From the NCBI GenBank assembly GCA_027053075.1, contig JALUEE010000047.1:32001-96000 (forward strand): a stretch of 64,000 nucleotides of DNA. The letters run 5' to 3'. The translations under genes and the position numbers were made by a program. This document shows, piece by piece, positions 9,078 through 18,182 of the stretch. Under the pieces are notes generated by a model. It searched no databases. It was not told the origin of the DNA and saw nothing but the letters and a program-made list of their open reading frames with translations. The stretch is from a candidate division WOR-3 bacterium. Its GTDB lineage: Bacteria > Hydrothermota > Hydrothermia > B15-G9 > WFZT01. Position 1 is the first letter of the stretch; each line of letters opens with the position of its first letter.

Positions 9078-10991
9078 ATGAAAAAATTACTGGCCCTGTT
9101 ATTAGTTTTTACCGTGCTACACGGCTATGATGCAAAATCTTCCTGCGTAAAGTGCCATTCCAATAAGGAGCTTCTGAAAAAACTCGGAGCTCCTCAAATG
9201 TACATGGACCCAGCACAGGTCGATAAGGAAGTCAATATGAACGGAGTTCCCAAATGCGTTGACTGTCATCTTGGTAACAATAAAACCATGGACATGAAGA
9301 AAGCCCACAAAGGTATGCTGAAGCCATTCTACGCCGCCATCGGTAAAACCCTTAAATACCAGTATGTTGATCGAAGCGTTACCAACTACGATCGCATACT
9401 TCCAAAAGGGAAGAAAAGATTTAAAGTTCTCATGCGTAAGCCCACCTCTGAGGCAAAAAAGAAATACCACATCAAAAAACTCATGCAACTCTTTTATCAT
9501 GACAGGGACACGGCAACATTTACATTTAACATAAAAATTGCCCAGAAGACCTGCGGAAAATGTCATTCAAAAGAGGTAAATGACTATAAGCACACCTCTA
9601 TGGCACTTTCACTTTATCAAAGGGCATACACGGACTGGACAAAATCACCTCCAGGCCCTCAAAACTGCGGAGTCTGGTTTGCTGACAATTACCAGACAAT
9701 AAAAGGAAAATGTACGAGAGATTACACAGAAAAAATGGCAAAATCAGCTACGAGGGGATGTAACAAGTGTCATACTTCATGTCTTGATTGCCATTATGCT
9801 GGATATAAAAAATCCGTGACAAGCCACAAATTCCTCTCAGAGCCAGAGCCTATGTCATGCTACGGTGGAGGGAGAGGAACCATCTGCCACGCAGGTCCAA
9901 TGGATCGCCGTCGTGGTGCTGGTTATATGAGACAGGAGTTTGCTTTCCCGGTAGGAGAACTCCCAACCGACGTACATAATAAAAATGGTGTCACATGCCT
10001 CGATTGTCACGAGCCTCACAACCATGACTGGGGTCACCTTGCTTCAGCAACTGCACGCAACTCCTGCTCAAAATGTCACGAGGAAATAGTTGATGCTGTT
10101 AAAACCGGCATTCACAAGAATGTTGACTGCACTGCGTGCCACATTCAAAAAGTCGGGGCCTATCAGTTCACATTTTGGGGCCCCGGAATATTTGTTGGCA
10201 TGCCCAACGTTTTTACAAAGCACAAGCAGTATTACGGTGTGAGAAGTATGCCTCTACTCGTCAAACACCCGACGCGTAAAGTCTGGATACCGGTCAAACC
10301 CTATCCTATGGCCGTTATGAACATCTCCGAGGATGTGAAACCCACCGGACTTATGGTAAGGTCTATTCCTGAGGAGAAAATTAAGGGACATCCCGAAGTT
10401 GGAGAGCCTAAATTTTTGAAAGTCAAGCGCTCACCAGACCAGATAAACGACATGTACATAATAACTGGCACGTTTGACGGGCTTAAGAAAAACAATAAAA
10501 TGCTCGCATGGATTCAGATGGATAAGATGTCCCACGCTATCGGAAAGGGTAGATCATGTCAGTCCTGCCACAGCTCTCACGATCAGGTTGCAACAACCTG
10601 GTACACTTATTCCAATATGAAGGATGTACAGAAGAAATTCAGCGGAAGTTATATCGTGAAGGCAACAAAGGACGGCATCACTTTCAGTGGTTTTGAAAAT
10701 CATACACCAATAATTCCAAAGCCGGGAAGAGATGTGGAAGATTTCGCTCCATTTTTAACACTTCCCAACGCCTGGAACGTGAGGGGAATCGACTTCTCCA
10801 TACCGTTTGATGAAAAGAAATACGAAGCAGAGCTAAACAAATACAATATGATTTACGCCGAAATCCACGCACTGAAGCTGAAATATGCAAAGGATGAGGC
10901 CAAACTCGAACAGCTGAATTTGATCAAAGCCATTCTCCCCCACAATCCCGAAAAAGCCCAACAGATGCTGAACGAGATGAAAAAGGGGTGA
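9078..10991 (+). CDS. Periplasmic multiheme cytochrome c (9 CxxCH plus one CX8CH)
   Basis: AGGAGG RBS, signal peptide MKKLLALLLVF; CVKCH, CVDCH, CGKCH, CNKCH, CLDCH x2, CSKCH, CTACH, CQSCH and CYGGGRGTICH. Confidence 0.9.
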   Translation: MKKLLALLLVFTVLHGYDAKSSCVKCHSNKELLKKLGAPQMYMDPAQVDKEVNMNGVPKCVDCHLGNNKTMDMKKAHKGMLKPFYAAIGKTLKYQYVDRSVTNYDRILPKGKKRFKVLMRKPTSEAKKKYHIKKLMQLFYHDRDTATFTFNIKIAQKTCGKCHSKEVNDYKHTSMALSLYQRAYTDWTKSPPGPQNCGVWFADNYQTIKGKCTRDYTEKMAKSATRGCNKCHTSCLDCHYAGYKKSVTSHKFLSEPEPMSCYGGGRGTICHAGPMDRRRGAGYMRQEFAFPVGELPTDVHNKNGVTCLDCHEPHNHDWGHLASATARNSCSKCHEEIVDAVKTGIHKNVDCTACHIQKVGAYQFTFWGPGIFVGMPNVFTKHKQYYGVRSMPLLVKHPTRKVWIPVKPYPMAVMNISEDVKPTGLMVRSIPEEKIKGHPEVGEPKFLKVKRSPDQINDMYIITGTFDGLKKNNKMLAWIQMDKMSHAIGKGRSCQSCHSSHDQVATTWYTYSNMKDVQKKFSGSYIVKATKDGITFSGFENHTPIIPKPGRDVEDFAPFLTLPNAWNVRGIDFSIPFDEKKYEAELNKYNMIYAEIHALKLKYAKDEAKLEQLNLIKAILPHNPEKAQQMLNEMKKG

Positions 10992-11076
10992 AAACGGTGA
11001 GACGTAAGGAACGAATTGTGTTTTTTTATGTCTTGAAAGTTCAACGGGGCTAAAAATCTGATTTAAAGGGGAATAG

Positions 11077-11110
11077 GGGGGCGCCTCCTTCGGAGGCGCC
11101 CCCTAACTTT
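11077..11110 (+). terminator. Intrinsic terminator between convergent cytochrome and cas operons
   Basis: GGGGGCGCCTCC-TTC-GGAGGCGCCCCC followed by T-run. Confidence 0.7.
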
Positions 11111-11171
11111 TTATCGGCATCTCACTGGCTCAAGTTATGGTTTTATTCAATGTGATATCAAACATCTTCAT

Positions 11172-12194
11172 TTAATCAATGACAGGAATATCCATTTCAG
11201 TGACGTCAATTCTCACGAGACTTTTATCACCGGACTGTCTCACATACTCAGCCTGTCTATCTCCCACCACAGCCTCAAGAATCATTGCTGATGATACCAT
11301 CGCGGTCCCACCGGTTATATTAAAACTAATATCGCTATCTTCATAATTTTTGAGATTTTGCAGCAACCTATCTAATTCAATCTTAACGTCTCTGAAATCA
11401 CTGACATCAACAACTCTGGACTTTTCTATGATCAAATCTCCCGTGGTAATTCTTTTTTCGAGATGTGGAATAACCTTCAGAAATTTTTCAAAATCAGCAA
11501 AATGTTCTTTTGCTTTCTCTGATAATATGACAATAACCCCTTCAAGAATGTGATTTTCGTGTATAATTGCTCTCAACGCCGGTGTCCAGTTGCCGGGCAA
11601 GTCTTTTAAAGTTTCCTCTTTAGGTATTGCCGGGTTACCCAGTTGCCGTAATTTTTCTTGAAGAGATTGAATCTGTTCAAAGGGCTCACTGCTGGGCAAA
11701 CTCAGTGCAAAGATAAGAACTTTTCTGGGGAGCGGTTTATCGTGGGCAGGTTTTTCTTTTGGCTCGAACAAACAATTGATGTATAGTAGAGGCAATAAAA
11801 ACAGAAACAAGATTGCCAATATGAATGTCAGAATGTGATGCCAGAGTAAGCCCTTATTGTAATCCGGTGTTAAAACAAGTATCCCTGCATCCCTCACACT
11901 ATCAAATACCCAGGAAATCTGGAATAAAACACTCAGGAAAATCCAGATGGACAGGTATCTATAAATTTTCTTTAACCCTTTTCGCGGTGGCTCTTTTAGA
12001 AAGTTACGAAGGGCATCTGTGAGGCCAATAGATTTGTCCTTATATTTATACATCAAGATGGTTATTGCTGAAATCAAAAGGATAATCAATAAAGTTTGGC
12101 CTAACGCCATAAAGGAGAGTATAAATGGGAAAACGCTTGAAAAGGCCAAAAGTGCAATTATGAACAGTATCTTTAAAAATTCCCTGAAGCTCAA
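11172..12194 (-). CDS. CRISPR-associated membrane effector: about 4 N-terminal TM helices plus C-terminal CARF-like domain (Cam1/Cam2-like)
   Basis: Four hydrophobic segments in aa 1-140; Rossmann-like VLIFALS start and CARF motif-II-like ISFNITGGTAMVSSAM; last gene of the cas operon. Confidence 0.7.
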   Translation of the reverse strand: MSFREFLKILFIIALLAFSSVFPFILSFMALGQTLLIILLISAITILMYKYKDKSIGLTDALRNFLKEPPRKGLKKIYRYLSIWIFLSVLFQISWVFDSVRDAGILVLTPDYNKGLLWHHILTFILAILFLFLLPLLYINCLFEPKEKPAHDKPLPRKVLIFALSLPSSEPFEQIQSLQEKLRQLGNPAIPKEETLKDLPGNWTPALRAIIHENHILEGVIVILSEKAKEHFADFEKFLKVIPHLEKRITTGDLIIEKSRVVDVSDFRDVKIELDRLLQNLKNYEDSDISFNITGGTAMVSSAMILEAVVGDRQAEYVRQSGDKSLVRIDVTEMDIPVID

Positions 12195-12196
12195 TT

Positions 12197-12583
12197 TTAT
12201 ATCCTTCTCATTTCTCTGAACTTTTCTCTGATGCTCTGGAGATTTATTATTTCTGCAACCTCAAATTTTGGAGGGGTAGAATTCGGAACCGGCTTCAATC
12301 TCACTACAGGTGGGAAATATCCCATCAAACCATGAAGTGCTGCAAGGAGGGTGACAGCAATAAAATTAAAGGCTGGTGGAACTATTATAATCGGCCGTGT
12401 CTGCCACTCCTCAGGTGTCAGGTTACACGCCTCAATAAGATCTTTCACCTGCTCCTCAAAAGACTTTTCATTATCAAAAAACACTGGAATCTGCCTTATC
12501 TCCTCAATCTCCTCATCTATCAATTTCCTGATCTGCCCCACCTGCTCCTCAGTTAGTGGATGAGAAAAATTAAGCACGAGCAT
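12197..12583 (-). CDS. csx15: CRISPR-associated protein Csx15 (ring-nuclease-type)
   Basis: N-terminal LNFSHPLT and LHGLMGYFP...EIINLQ motifs typical of Csx15; position in type III operon. Confidence 0.8.
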   Translation of the reverse strand: MLVLNFSHPLTEEQVGQIRKLIDEEIEEIRQIPVFFDNEKSFEEQVKDLIEACNLTPEEWQTRPIIIVPPAFNFIAVTLLAALHGLMGYFPPVVRLKPVPNSTPPKFEVAEIINLQSIREKFREMRRI

Positions 12584-12585
12584 GG

Positions 12586-12713
12586 TTACTTTAAAATTTT
12601 AAACACTCCATATCCCTGATTCCCTTTTGCTCCAACACCTATGTTTTCAAGGGCAAATTCGAGAAATCTTTATCCCAGAATATTGAAAAAGTATCTATAA
12701 AAATAACCTTCCC
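12586..12713 (-). pseudogene. cmr6: 3' remnant of a type III-B cmr6 gene
   Basis: Manual translation: GKVIFIDTF then, in another frame, RFLEFALENIGVGAKGNQGYGVFKILK-stop, both Cmr6-type RAMP motifs; stop 2 nt before the csx15 ATG. Confidence 0.7.
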
Positions 12714-12717
12714 GTTA

Positions 12718-13575
12718 TTATGATTTAATTGGTCGCCATAAACCATTATCCAATATTTCAAAGTAAACATCTTGATCGCTATCCACCTTTGTTCCTGGTT
12801 TCCAAGTCAAGCCTTGTGTATAAATACGCTGTAAGTACCTGCCCTCCAAAACTTCAAAATCTCCTTTAAATTTGAAGTGCGGGTCTGGCATTATATGACC
12901 AAATGCTATATTGGATTTTATGCGTGGATTTGTATGATTCAGTTCCACTTCGTAATCCAAAAAACGAGAAGCTTCCGGATGTTTCACGAGTTCAATATGA
13001 CCAAATCCGTAGCGGGTATCTGCTCCTACCATCAGTTTCTTTATTGAGAAAACTTGGTTTTGAACACTCTCATCGGCAATAAACACATACCCCACCATGA
13101 ACATCTCGGGAGGTGGATAATGGTTACTAATTTGCCAATAAGGTTGAATGCACTCTAATTCGCGAAGTGTCCCTTCCTCAGCACTATCTGATTTGGGATC
13201 AATGGATGTGGAGGGAAACGAATACAGAATTTTTGATTTGAAGTCTCTGTTTGGCTTATCATCATTTGGAGTGTCTTCCCTTTTCCAAACGAGTCCATCA
13301 GAGTATTCTGAATACCACATAGCGTATTCATCGCCAATTTTTTCGGCTGGGAACAGATAGGAAAATCGGACATTTTGTAGCAAATTTTCACCAATCGAAA
13401 TATAATCCGGGAAACTACTTCCTGCCGTATCCCGTGATAACTCGGCTGTTAATGCTCCCCAAATTGTCCTTGCTGGTATGTATAAGCGGGTTCTGTTCAA
13501 AATTCCTGCTGGTGCCGTGCCGATATTTATGGGTGATTTTACCTTCCAGACCCATCGGAACATCTTCCATGCCAT
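12718..13575 (-). CDS. cmr3: Type III-C Cas5-group RAMP (Cmr3-like)
   Basis: SPINIG, RTRLYIPARTIWGALT, VGADTRYGFG glycine loop; terminal position in III-C gene order. Confidence 0.75.
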   Translation of the reverse strand: MAWKMFRWVWKVKSPINIGTAPAGILNRTRLYIPARTIWGALTAELSRDTAGSSFPDYISIGENLLQNVRFSYLFPAEKIGDEYAMWYSEYSDGLVWKREDTPNDDKPNRDFKSKILYSFPSTSIDPKSDSAEEGTLRELECIQPYWQISNHYPPPEMFMVGYVFIADESVQNQVFSIKKLMVGADTRYGFGHIELVKHPEASRFLDYEVELNHTNPRIKSNIAFGHIMPDPHFKFKGDFEVLEGRYLQRIYTQGLTWKPGTKVDSDQDVYFEILDNGLWRPIKS

Positions 13576-13581
13576 AATTTC

Positions 13582-13950
13582 TCACCCCTGTTTGGCCTTC
13601 AAGTGATAACGAGCATACGAGAATGCGGTGCGTAGAAGGTCTCGAGCAAAAAGTAAATCATCTAAATCTTTGGAGTTTGCTAAGAGCTTTATTGCTTCCA
13701 AAATATCGTCCGTAGTATCCAAGCGATTTCCGAAAATGGTCTTGAGAAATTGCAGAGATTCCGATCTAACCTCTTTAGCTACATTGTTATTCTTGGCCTT
13801 GAGATATAGAAACATCGCATACGGGCCTTGCTCTTCCAAAACAGTCAAGGCCTCGTTGACAAGATTTTCATCTATGCCAGAAATCTGGGCTATCTCACGG
13901 CCCAATTCGGCACACTGAATGTCCAAATTTTTCATTTGAGCTTCACTCAC
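13582..13950 (-). CDS. cmr5: Small subunit Cmr5 (Cas11)
   Basis: Small helical protein, ALTVLEEQGPYAMFLYL and YARYHLKA; GTG start at 13950 behind GAGGAGG. Confidence 0.75.
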   Translation of the reverse strand: MSEAQMKNLDIQCAELGREIAQISGIDENLVNEALTVLEEQGPYAMFLYLKAKNNNVAKEVRSESLQFLKTIFGNRLDTTDDILEAIKLLANSKDLDDLLFARDLLRTAFSYARYHLKAKQG

Positions 13951-13978
13951 GGCTTTCCTCCTCGTTTGGTTCAGAGGC

Positions 13979-15010
13979 CTATGACGGATTAGATTGTCTC
14001 TGAGCGGGTTCAACGCAATCAATATCTTGGGTTCCGGGCGATTCATTCTCATGCACAACTTCTACGCGTCCCATGCCTCGAGTGCCCATGCCGCCGATGC
14101 CCAAGTGTTTGAGATAGGGGTGAGCCTGGTGGGTTACCTCATGCACCCTTTCTGGAGAATACATTCGCTGACCACCATCCAGAATGACGCCTATCTCCTG
14201 TCCACCTATTCTAAAATGCTGAGGATTCTTTGCGATAATTTCCCACACCAGGACCGTGGATCGAGGCAGGGCTTCGTAAGAGAAGAGAGCCCTTTCTTCG
14301 GCAGCACCAGTTTCGGGATTGATGGAAACCGAGGTGCGCACTTCCAAATTGCTGTTGACGATGTGGGCGAAGAGGCGGTCAGGCACCAAAGCAAGGCGGT
14401 TTTGGATGTAATCTGGGATACCCAGGCCTTGCAATTTAGTTTTAATATCATTCATTTGGGCACACGCTTGCACAGGCAGCAATAACCAACCCAAGTTAAG
14501 AGGGTTGCCCGAGTTTGATTCAAGGTAAACGGCATTTTCCTCCACCCCCTGCACATTCAAACCTATAAAACGCAAGGTCTGAGGTGCAGTCACCCACATG
14601 GGGCCTTGACGGGTAGCGACAGGGAAGAGCAGCAAATGGACATCAGTAAAGGCGGCCAAGCCTGCAAAACCGCCTTCCTGCCCTGCACCACGGGCGAAAC
14701 CAAAGACAGTGCAAACGGGACAGTCAGGTTGGCGACAATGCCCATGATCCGCATCCAGCCCTAACCCGGCGCAATCGGGGTAAAAAGGTTTATCTCGGTT
14801 CGGAAATTGTGCTGTCCGATTTTCTTCAAAATACATCGCCACATAGGCCCGATACACTCCAGCTAAGCTGGACCCAGGAATTTTAGGCACCTGGGTGACC
14901 GGGTCGCGCACAATAGTCAAATCTACCCGACCGATGCGGGTCCCACCGGTGCCCACATGAATAGGGTCCAGAGCCAGACCAACCTGCAAGAATTTTTTGT
15001 AACTAGACAT
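13979..15010 (-). CDS. cmr4: Cmr4 backbone RAMP (Cas7 group, target RNase)
   Basis: DPIHVGTG, RVDLTIVRD (catalytic Asp position retained), IPGSSLAGV, ALFSYEALP, GIGGMGTRGMG. Confidence 0.92.
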   Translation of the reverse strand: MSSYKKFLQVGLALDPIHVGTGGTRIGRVDLTIVRDPVTQVPKIPGSSLAGVYRAYVAMYFEENRTAQFPNRDKPFYPDCAGLGLDADHGHCRQPDCPVCTVFGFARGAGQEGGFAGLAAFTDVHLLLFPVATRQGPMWVTAPQTLRFIGLNVQGVEENAVYLESNSGNPLNLGWLLLPVQACAQMNDIKTKLQGLGIPDYIQNRLALVPDRLFAHIVNSNLEVRTSVSINPETGAAEERALFSYEALPRSTVLVWEIIAKNPQHFRIGGQEIGVILDGGQRMYSPERVHEVTHQAHPYLKHLGIGGMGTRGMGRVEVVHENESPGTQDIDCVEPAQRQSNPS

Positions 15011-15023
15011 TATTTACCTCCTT

Positions 15024-18000
15024 TCAAACATTTTCTTTAAGGACTATTGTATGCCAATCTATCGCCCATTGGAGTAATCTCTGTTGGGCAGAGTCTATGA
15101 GGGTTTCAAGTGCTGTGCCCCTGACCTCTAAATGGTGCACAAGCATGGCACGGAGAGTATCTTCCCACAAATCTTTTGAAACGGCTCGTTGCCCCTCGGG
15201 TGTTTGCCATTCCTTTTCCAAACGCCCAAGTTCTGTTCTAAATCTCTGAAGAGCCGTTTGGCTTGGGACAACTTTCTTTAATAGGTTCCATATTTCGCGC
15301 ATTTGCTCCCAATCTTCCAAGTAATGTAAATCTGGGTTAGAGAAGCGAGCGGAGGTGCTTCCCATGAAGAGGATGGTTACACGCGCTGTGGATACTTTTA
15401 CACCATCACCTGGACGAAGGTCCGATACATGACGGTAAACACGGCCATCCTTTGGATGGCGAAAATCTCGGGGAAAACGAAGTTGTCGATCCTCAATTAC
15501 CATGTAAGGATAGAACACATCATCTCGCCCATCAGGCATAGCAGTAGGCACTATCTTTAAGATGCTCTTGCCGTCTTCCAGTTTTAAGCGGAGGACTACC
15601 ACACCTGCTTGTCGTTCCACTTCTTCCACCTGCCATGTTTCCTCCTCTCCTTTCAGTTCTTCTTCCATTTTACGTGTTGCTCCGATCACGGCCTGATAGG
15701 GCAACATTCGAGGGAATGCGACCACGCCTATCCGTAAAGGAAGCCGATCCCACACGCGGGAGAAGTGTTCCTTCCACCAGGAAACAGCTATATCCACACA
15801 TTCGGAGGCCGCTTCCAATGGCACCAGCACCCGAAAACGAAGTGGAGAGACTTCTACCGGAATGACCGGGTGATACAAGCTCAAGTGCGCATGAGGCTGA
15901 CGCAGCTCATTCACATGGGTAACAGTCATAGGACGCTCCTGACCAAAGGTATCTTCTTCTTCCAGCCTAATTTGAGCACCCTGAAAGGAACTCGATTGCT
16001 CTTCTGGCCGTAGCAATCTACCCAGATTGGAAGCCGTCACAAAACCTCCCAGGCTACGCACATAGACCAGGCTAATCTGCCGACCTTCCCAACGGCCATT
16101 GTAAAGGGTCAGGTCTCGCCAATCGTTATTGTCGTCTGGAACCAACACCAAGCGTCGGACACGCCAGCAATTTTCGCTGCGAGCCGCTATCTGCCGAAAT
16201 TCCTTCAGCAAGTCATGGAAGAACTCCTCGGCCTCCCGCCAGAAGCGATAGACACGGCCAGGTGAGGGAAGCTTGCGGAAGAGTTGATGCGCAAGCCAAG
16301 CAGCTCGCTGGTCGTCATTCAAGATACCCCATGTAGGTGCATCGGTACGATCCTCTACAATTTTACGGAAAAAAGTTGGCCAGTCATTTTCATACTTGTA
16401 ACCCTCTTGAAGGTTGGCAAGCAATTGGTCGTTTTTATCGAATTTAAAATGCTGTGGATTTTGTGGATCGCGAAACCTTTGTTTTAGCTCGTCAATCAGC
16501 TTATCCATAGAGCCTGTGGGGGCAATAGGATTAGGTTGACCTGAAAGGACCAGGTTAAATCTCACCCACTCCGGTATTGCTTGTACCCGCAGGCTATCCA
16601 CACGGCTGCCATTGAGCCAATCTTCAAGGTCCAGTGAGAATGTTAGCAAAGCCAGGCGGCCGTTGCGGTCAGCCACCTCCTCGAACCAGATGGTGTCGTA
16701 ATCCAGTTGCCCCTGAAGCCATGCATCTCTTCGATGGTGGCGCCGCTCGCGGCATACCGCGCATGGCTTACCCTTGTTGGTGGGATCACCGTTTAGTCGC
16801 ACACGGCAGACGGGACACACATGACCACGCGTCTCTGAAGGAGCCCTCCAATGAACATCCCACTGCTTGTGAACAGGGACGGCCACTACCAGCTTGGACT
16901 CTTTAAGCTCCCTAACAATGGGTACCAATGAACGGGTCGGCTTACTCAGGCGCACAAAGGGCGGGGTTTCCAGTTCCAGATTACGGGCGATTTCTTCTAC
17001 TTGATCTTGGAGCCATCCATTCCATCCTCGGAGCCGGGATGCGAAGTTCTCTTCATCAAACTCAAAATTCGGATCTCTCCGTCTTTGACGTTCCTGTTCT
17101 TCTTCATCGAATCTCTCGCCGGGAAAAGAAAACACGGCCATGCTGCTGTCTCGATAAAGCAAAGAGCCTGCAGCAATGTCCACCTCCACCAATTCAGCTA
17201 CACGACGGAAAAATTCGTCAATGGCACCTTGAGCACCTGTCCAGTCACCAATTTTTACCGCGCGGGCTTCGTAGTGCTCGGTCCCAAGGGCGATAGTGAG
17301 CAGGCGCCAGCGGGTATTGCTTTTGGTAAAATTATTGATAGCCAATTTCTCATCTTTCGATAGGTCATCGAAGGACTTCTCTTTTCCTTTCTTTGTTCTA
17401 AGGTTTATACCCAATTTGGTAGCTATGCTCTTCCAGTTCCAAGGAAAACCCTTATCGAGCAACGCCCCAGCCACCGCGCTCTTAAATAGAGCCGCAGCCA
17501 CATAGGACTGGTCCCACAAGGTAACATCGTTGTTGGGCAAACGCGTCTCGGCTAAGGTGGACATAAAAGCTCTTCGGACAAAAGATTTTTCTCCGATAGC
17601 TCTATTCCGCCAGTCTTGCCAATGAGCTACATCTGACACACCTCTGGTTCCTAAGTCCCGCAACTCCTCCAAAACTCGCCGGATTTCTCCCACCAATTGC
17701 TGCCAGCCCTGTGGAGTCAATAGTTCAGGTGGATTGGCCAGCAGGTTACGCTTTGGGTGGCCCCAAGGTGAGGAAAGCCACATGTGAGGAATGGTTTGCT
17801 TAAGATAATCTGAGGTAGAAGTAGGAAGGTTTTTCTCGACGCCAGAGACAATACCATGTCCTGCTTGGAGTAATCCCAAAAGACCAGGGTTACGTCCTGC
17901 ATGTTGTTCAATAAACGTAGAAAAAGAACCTGGCCATGCATTATTGGGTATTCCACTCCCGTATAGCCGTTTTACCCATTCTAATAAGGTATCCCATGGA

Positions 18001-18182
18001 AAAGGTGGCGTTTCCAAATCATGCCAATGTCGTTCATCGTAGCCGTTGTTCTCGCCACCATGACGGCGTAAAAATTCAATTCGTGCCTTTCCAGCCATGT
18101 GAAACCACCCAATGGCCTCCATTGCTAAGAGTAAAGGGCGATGTTGCCGTAAAGTCTCAGCCGGTGAGAAAGTGCTGCTCAT
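15024..18182 (-). CDS. cas10: Cas10 large subunit, type III-C / Csx11-like, degenerate HD and cyclase motifs
   Basis: ETRLPNNDVTLWDQSY, zinc finger CPVC..CAVC, PSPGRVYRFW; WFHMAGK instead of LHDxGK; no GGDD; ATG 18182 overlaps cmr6 stop (ATGA) with GGAGGT RBS. Confidence 0.88.
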   Translation of the reverse strand: MSSTFSPAETLRQHRPLLLAMEAIGWFHMAGKARIEFLRRHGGENNGYDERHWHDLETPPFPWDTLLEWVKRLYGSGIPNNAWPGSFSTFIEQHAGRNPGLLGLLQAGHGIVSGVEKNLPTSTSDYLKQTIPHMWLSSPWGHPKRNLLANPPELLTPQGWQQLVGEIRRVLEELRDLGTRGVSDVAHWQDWRNRAIGEKSFVRRAFMSTLAETRLPNNDVTLWDQSYVAAALFKSAVAGALLDKGFPWNWKSIATKLGINLRTKKGKEKSFDDLSKDEKLAINNFTKSNTRWRLLTIALGTEHYEARAVKIGDWTGAQGAIDEFFRRVAELVEVDIAAGSLLYRDSSMAVFSFPGERFDEEEQERQRRRDPNFEFDEENFASRLRGWNGWLQDQVEEIARNLELETPPFVRLSKPTRSLVPIVRELKESKLVVAVPVHKQWDVHWRAPSETRGHVCPVCRVRLNGDPTNKGKPCAVCRERRHHRRDAWLQGQLDYDTIWFEEVADRNGRLALLTFSLDLEDWLNGSRVDSLRVQAIPEWVRFNLVLSGQPNPIAPTGSMDKLIDELKQRFRDPQNPQHFKFDKNDQLLANLQEGYKYENDWPTFFRKIVEDRTDAPTWGILNDDQRAAWLAHQLFRKLPSPGRVYRFWREAEEFFHDLLKEFRQIAARSENCWRVRRLVLVPDDNNDWRDLTLYNGRWEGRQISLVYVRSLGGFVTASNLGRLLRPEEQSSSFQGAQIRLEEEDTFGQERPMTVTHVNELRQPHAHLSLYHPVIPVEVSPLRFRVLVPLEAASECVDIAVSWWKEHFSRVWDRLPLRIGVVAFPRMLPYQAVIGATRKMEEELKGEEETWQVEEVERQAGVVVLRLKLEDGKSILKIVPTAMPDGRDDVFYPYMVIEDRQLRFPRDFRHPKDGRVYRHVSDLRPGDGVKVSTARVTILFMGSTSARFSNPDLHYLEDWEQMREIWNLLKKVVPSQTALQRFRTELGRLEKEWQTPEGQRAVSKDLWEDTLRAMLVHHLEVRGTALETLIDSAQQRLLQWAIDWHTIVLKENV

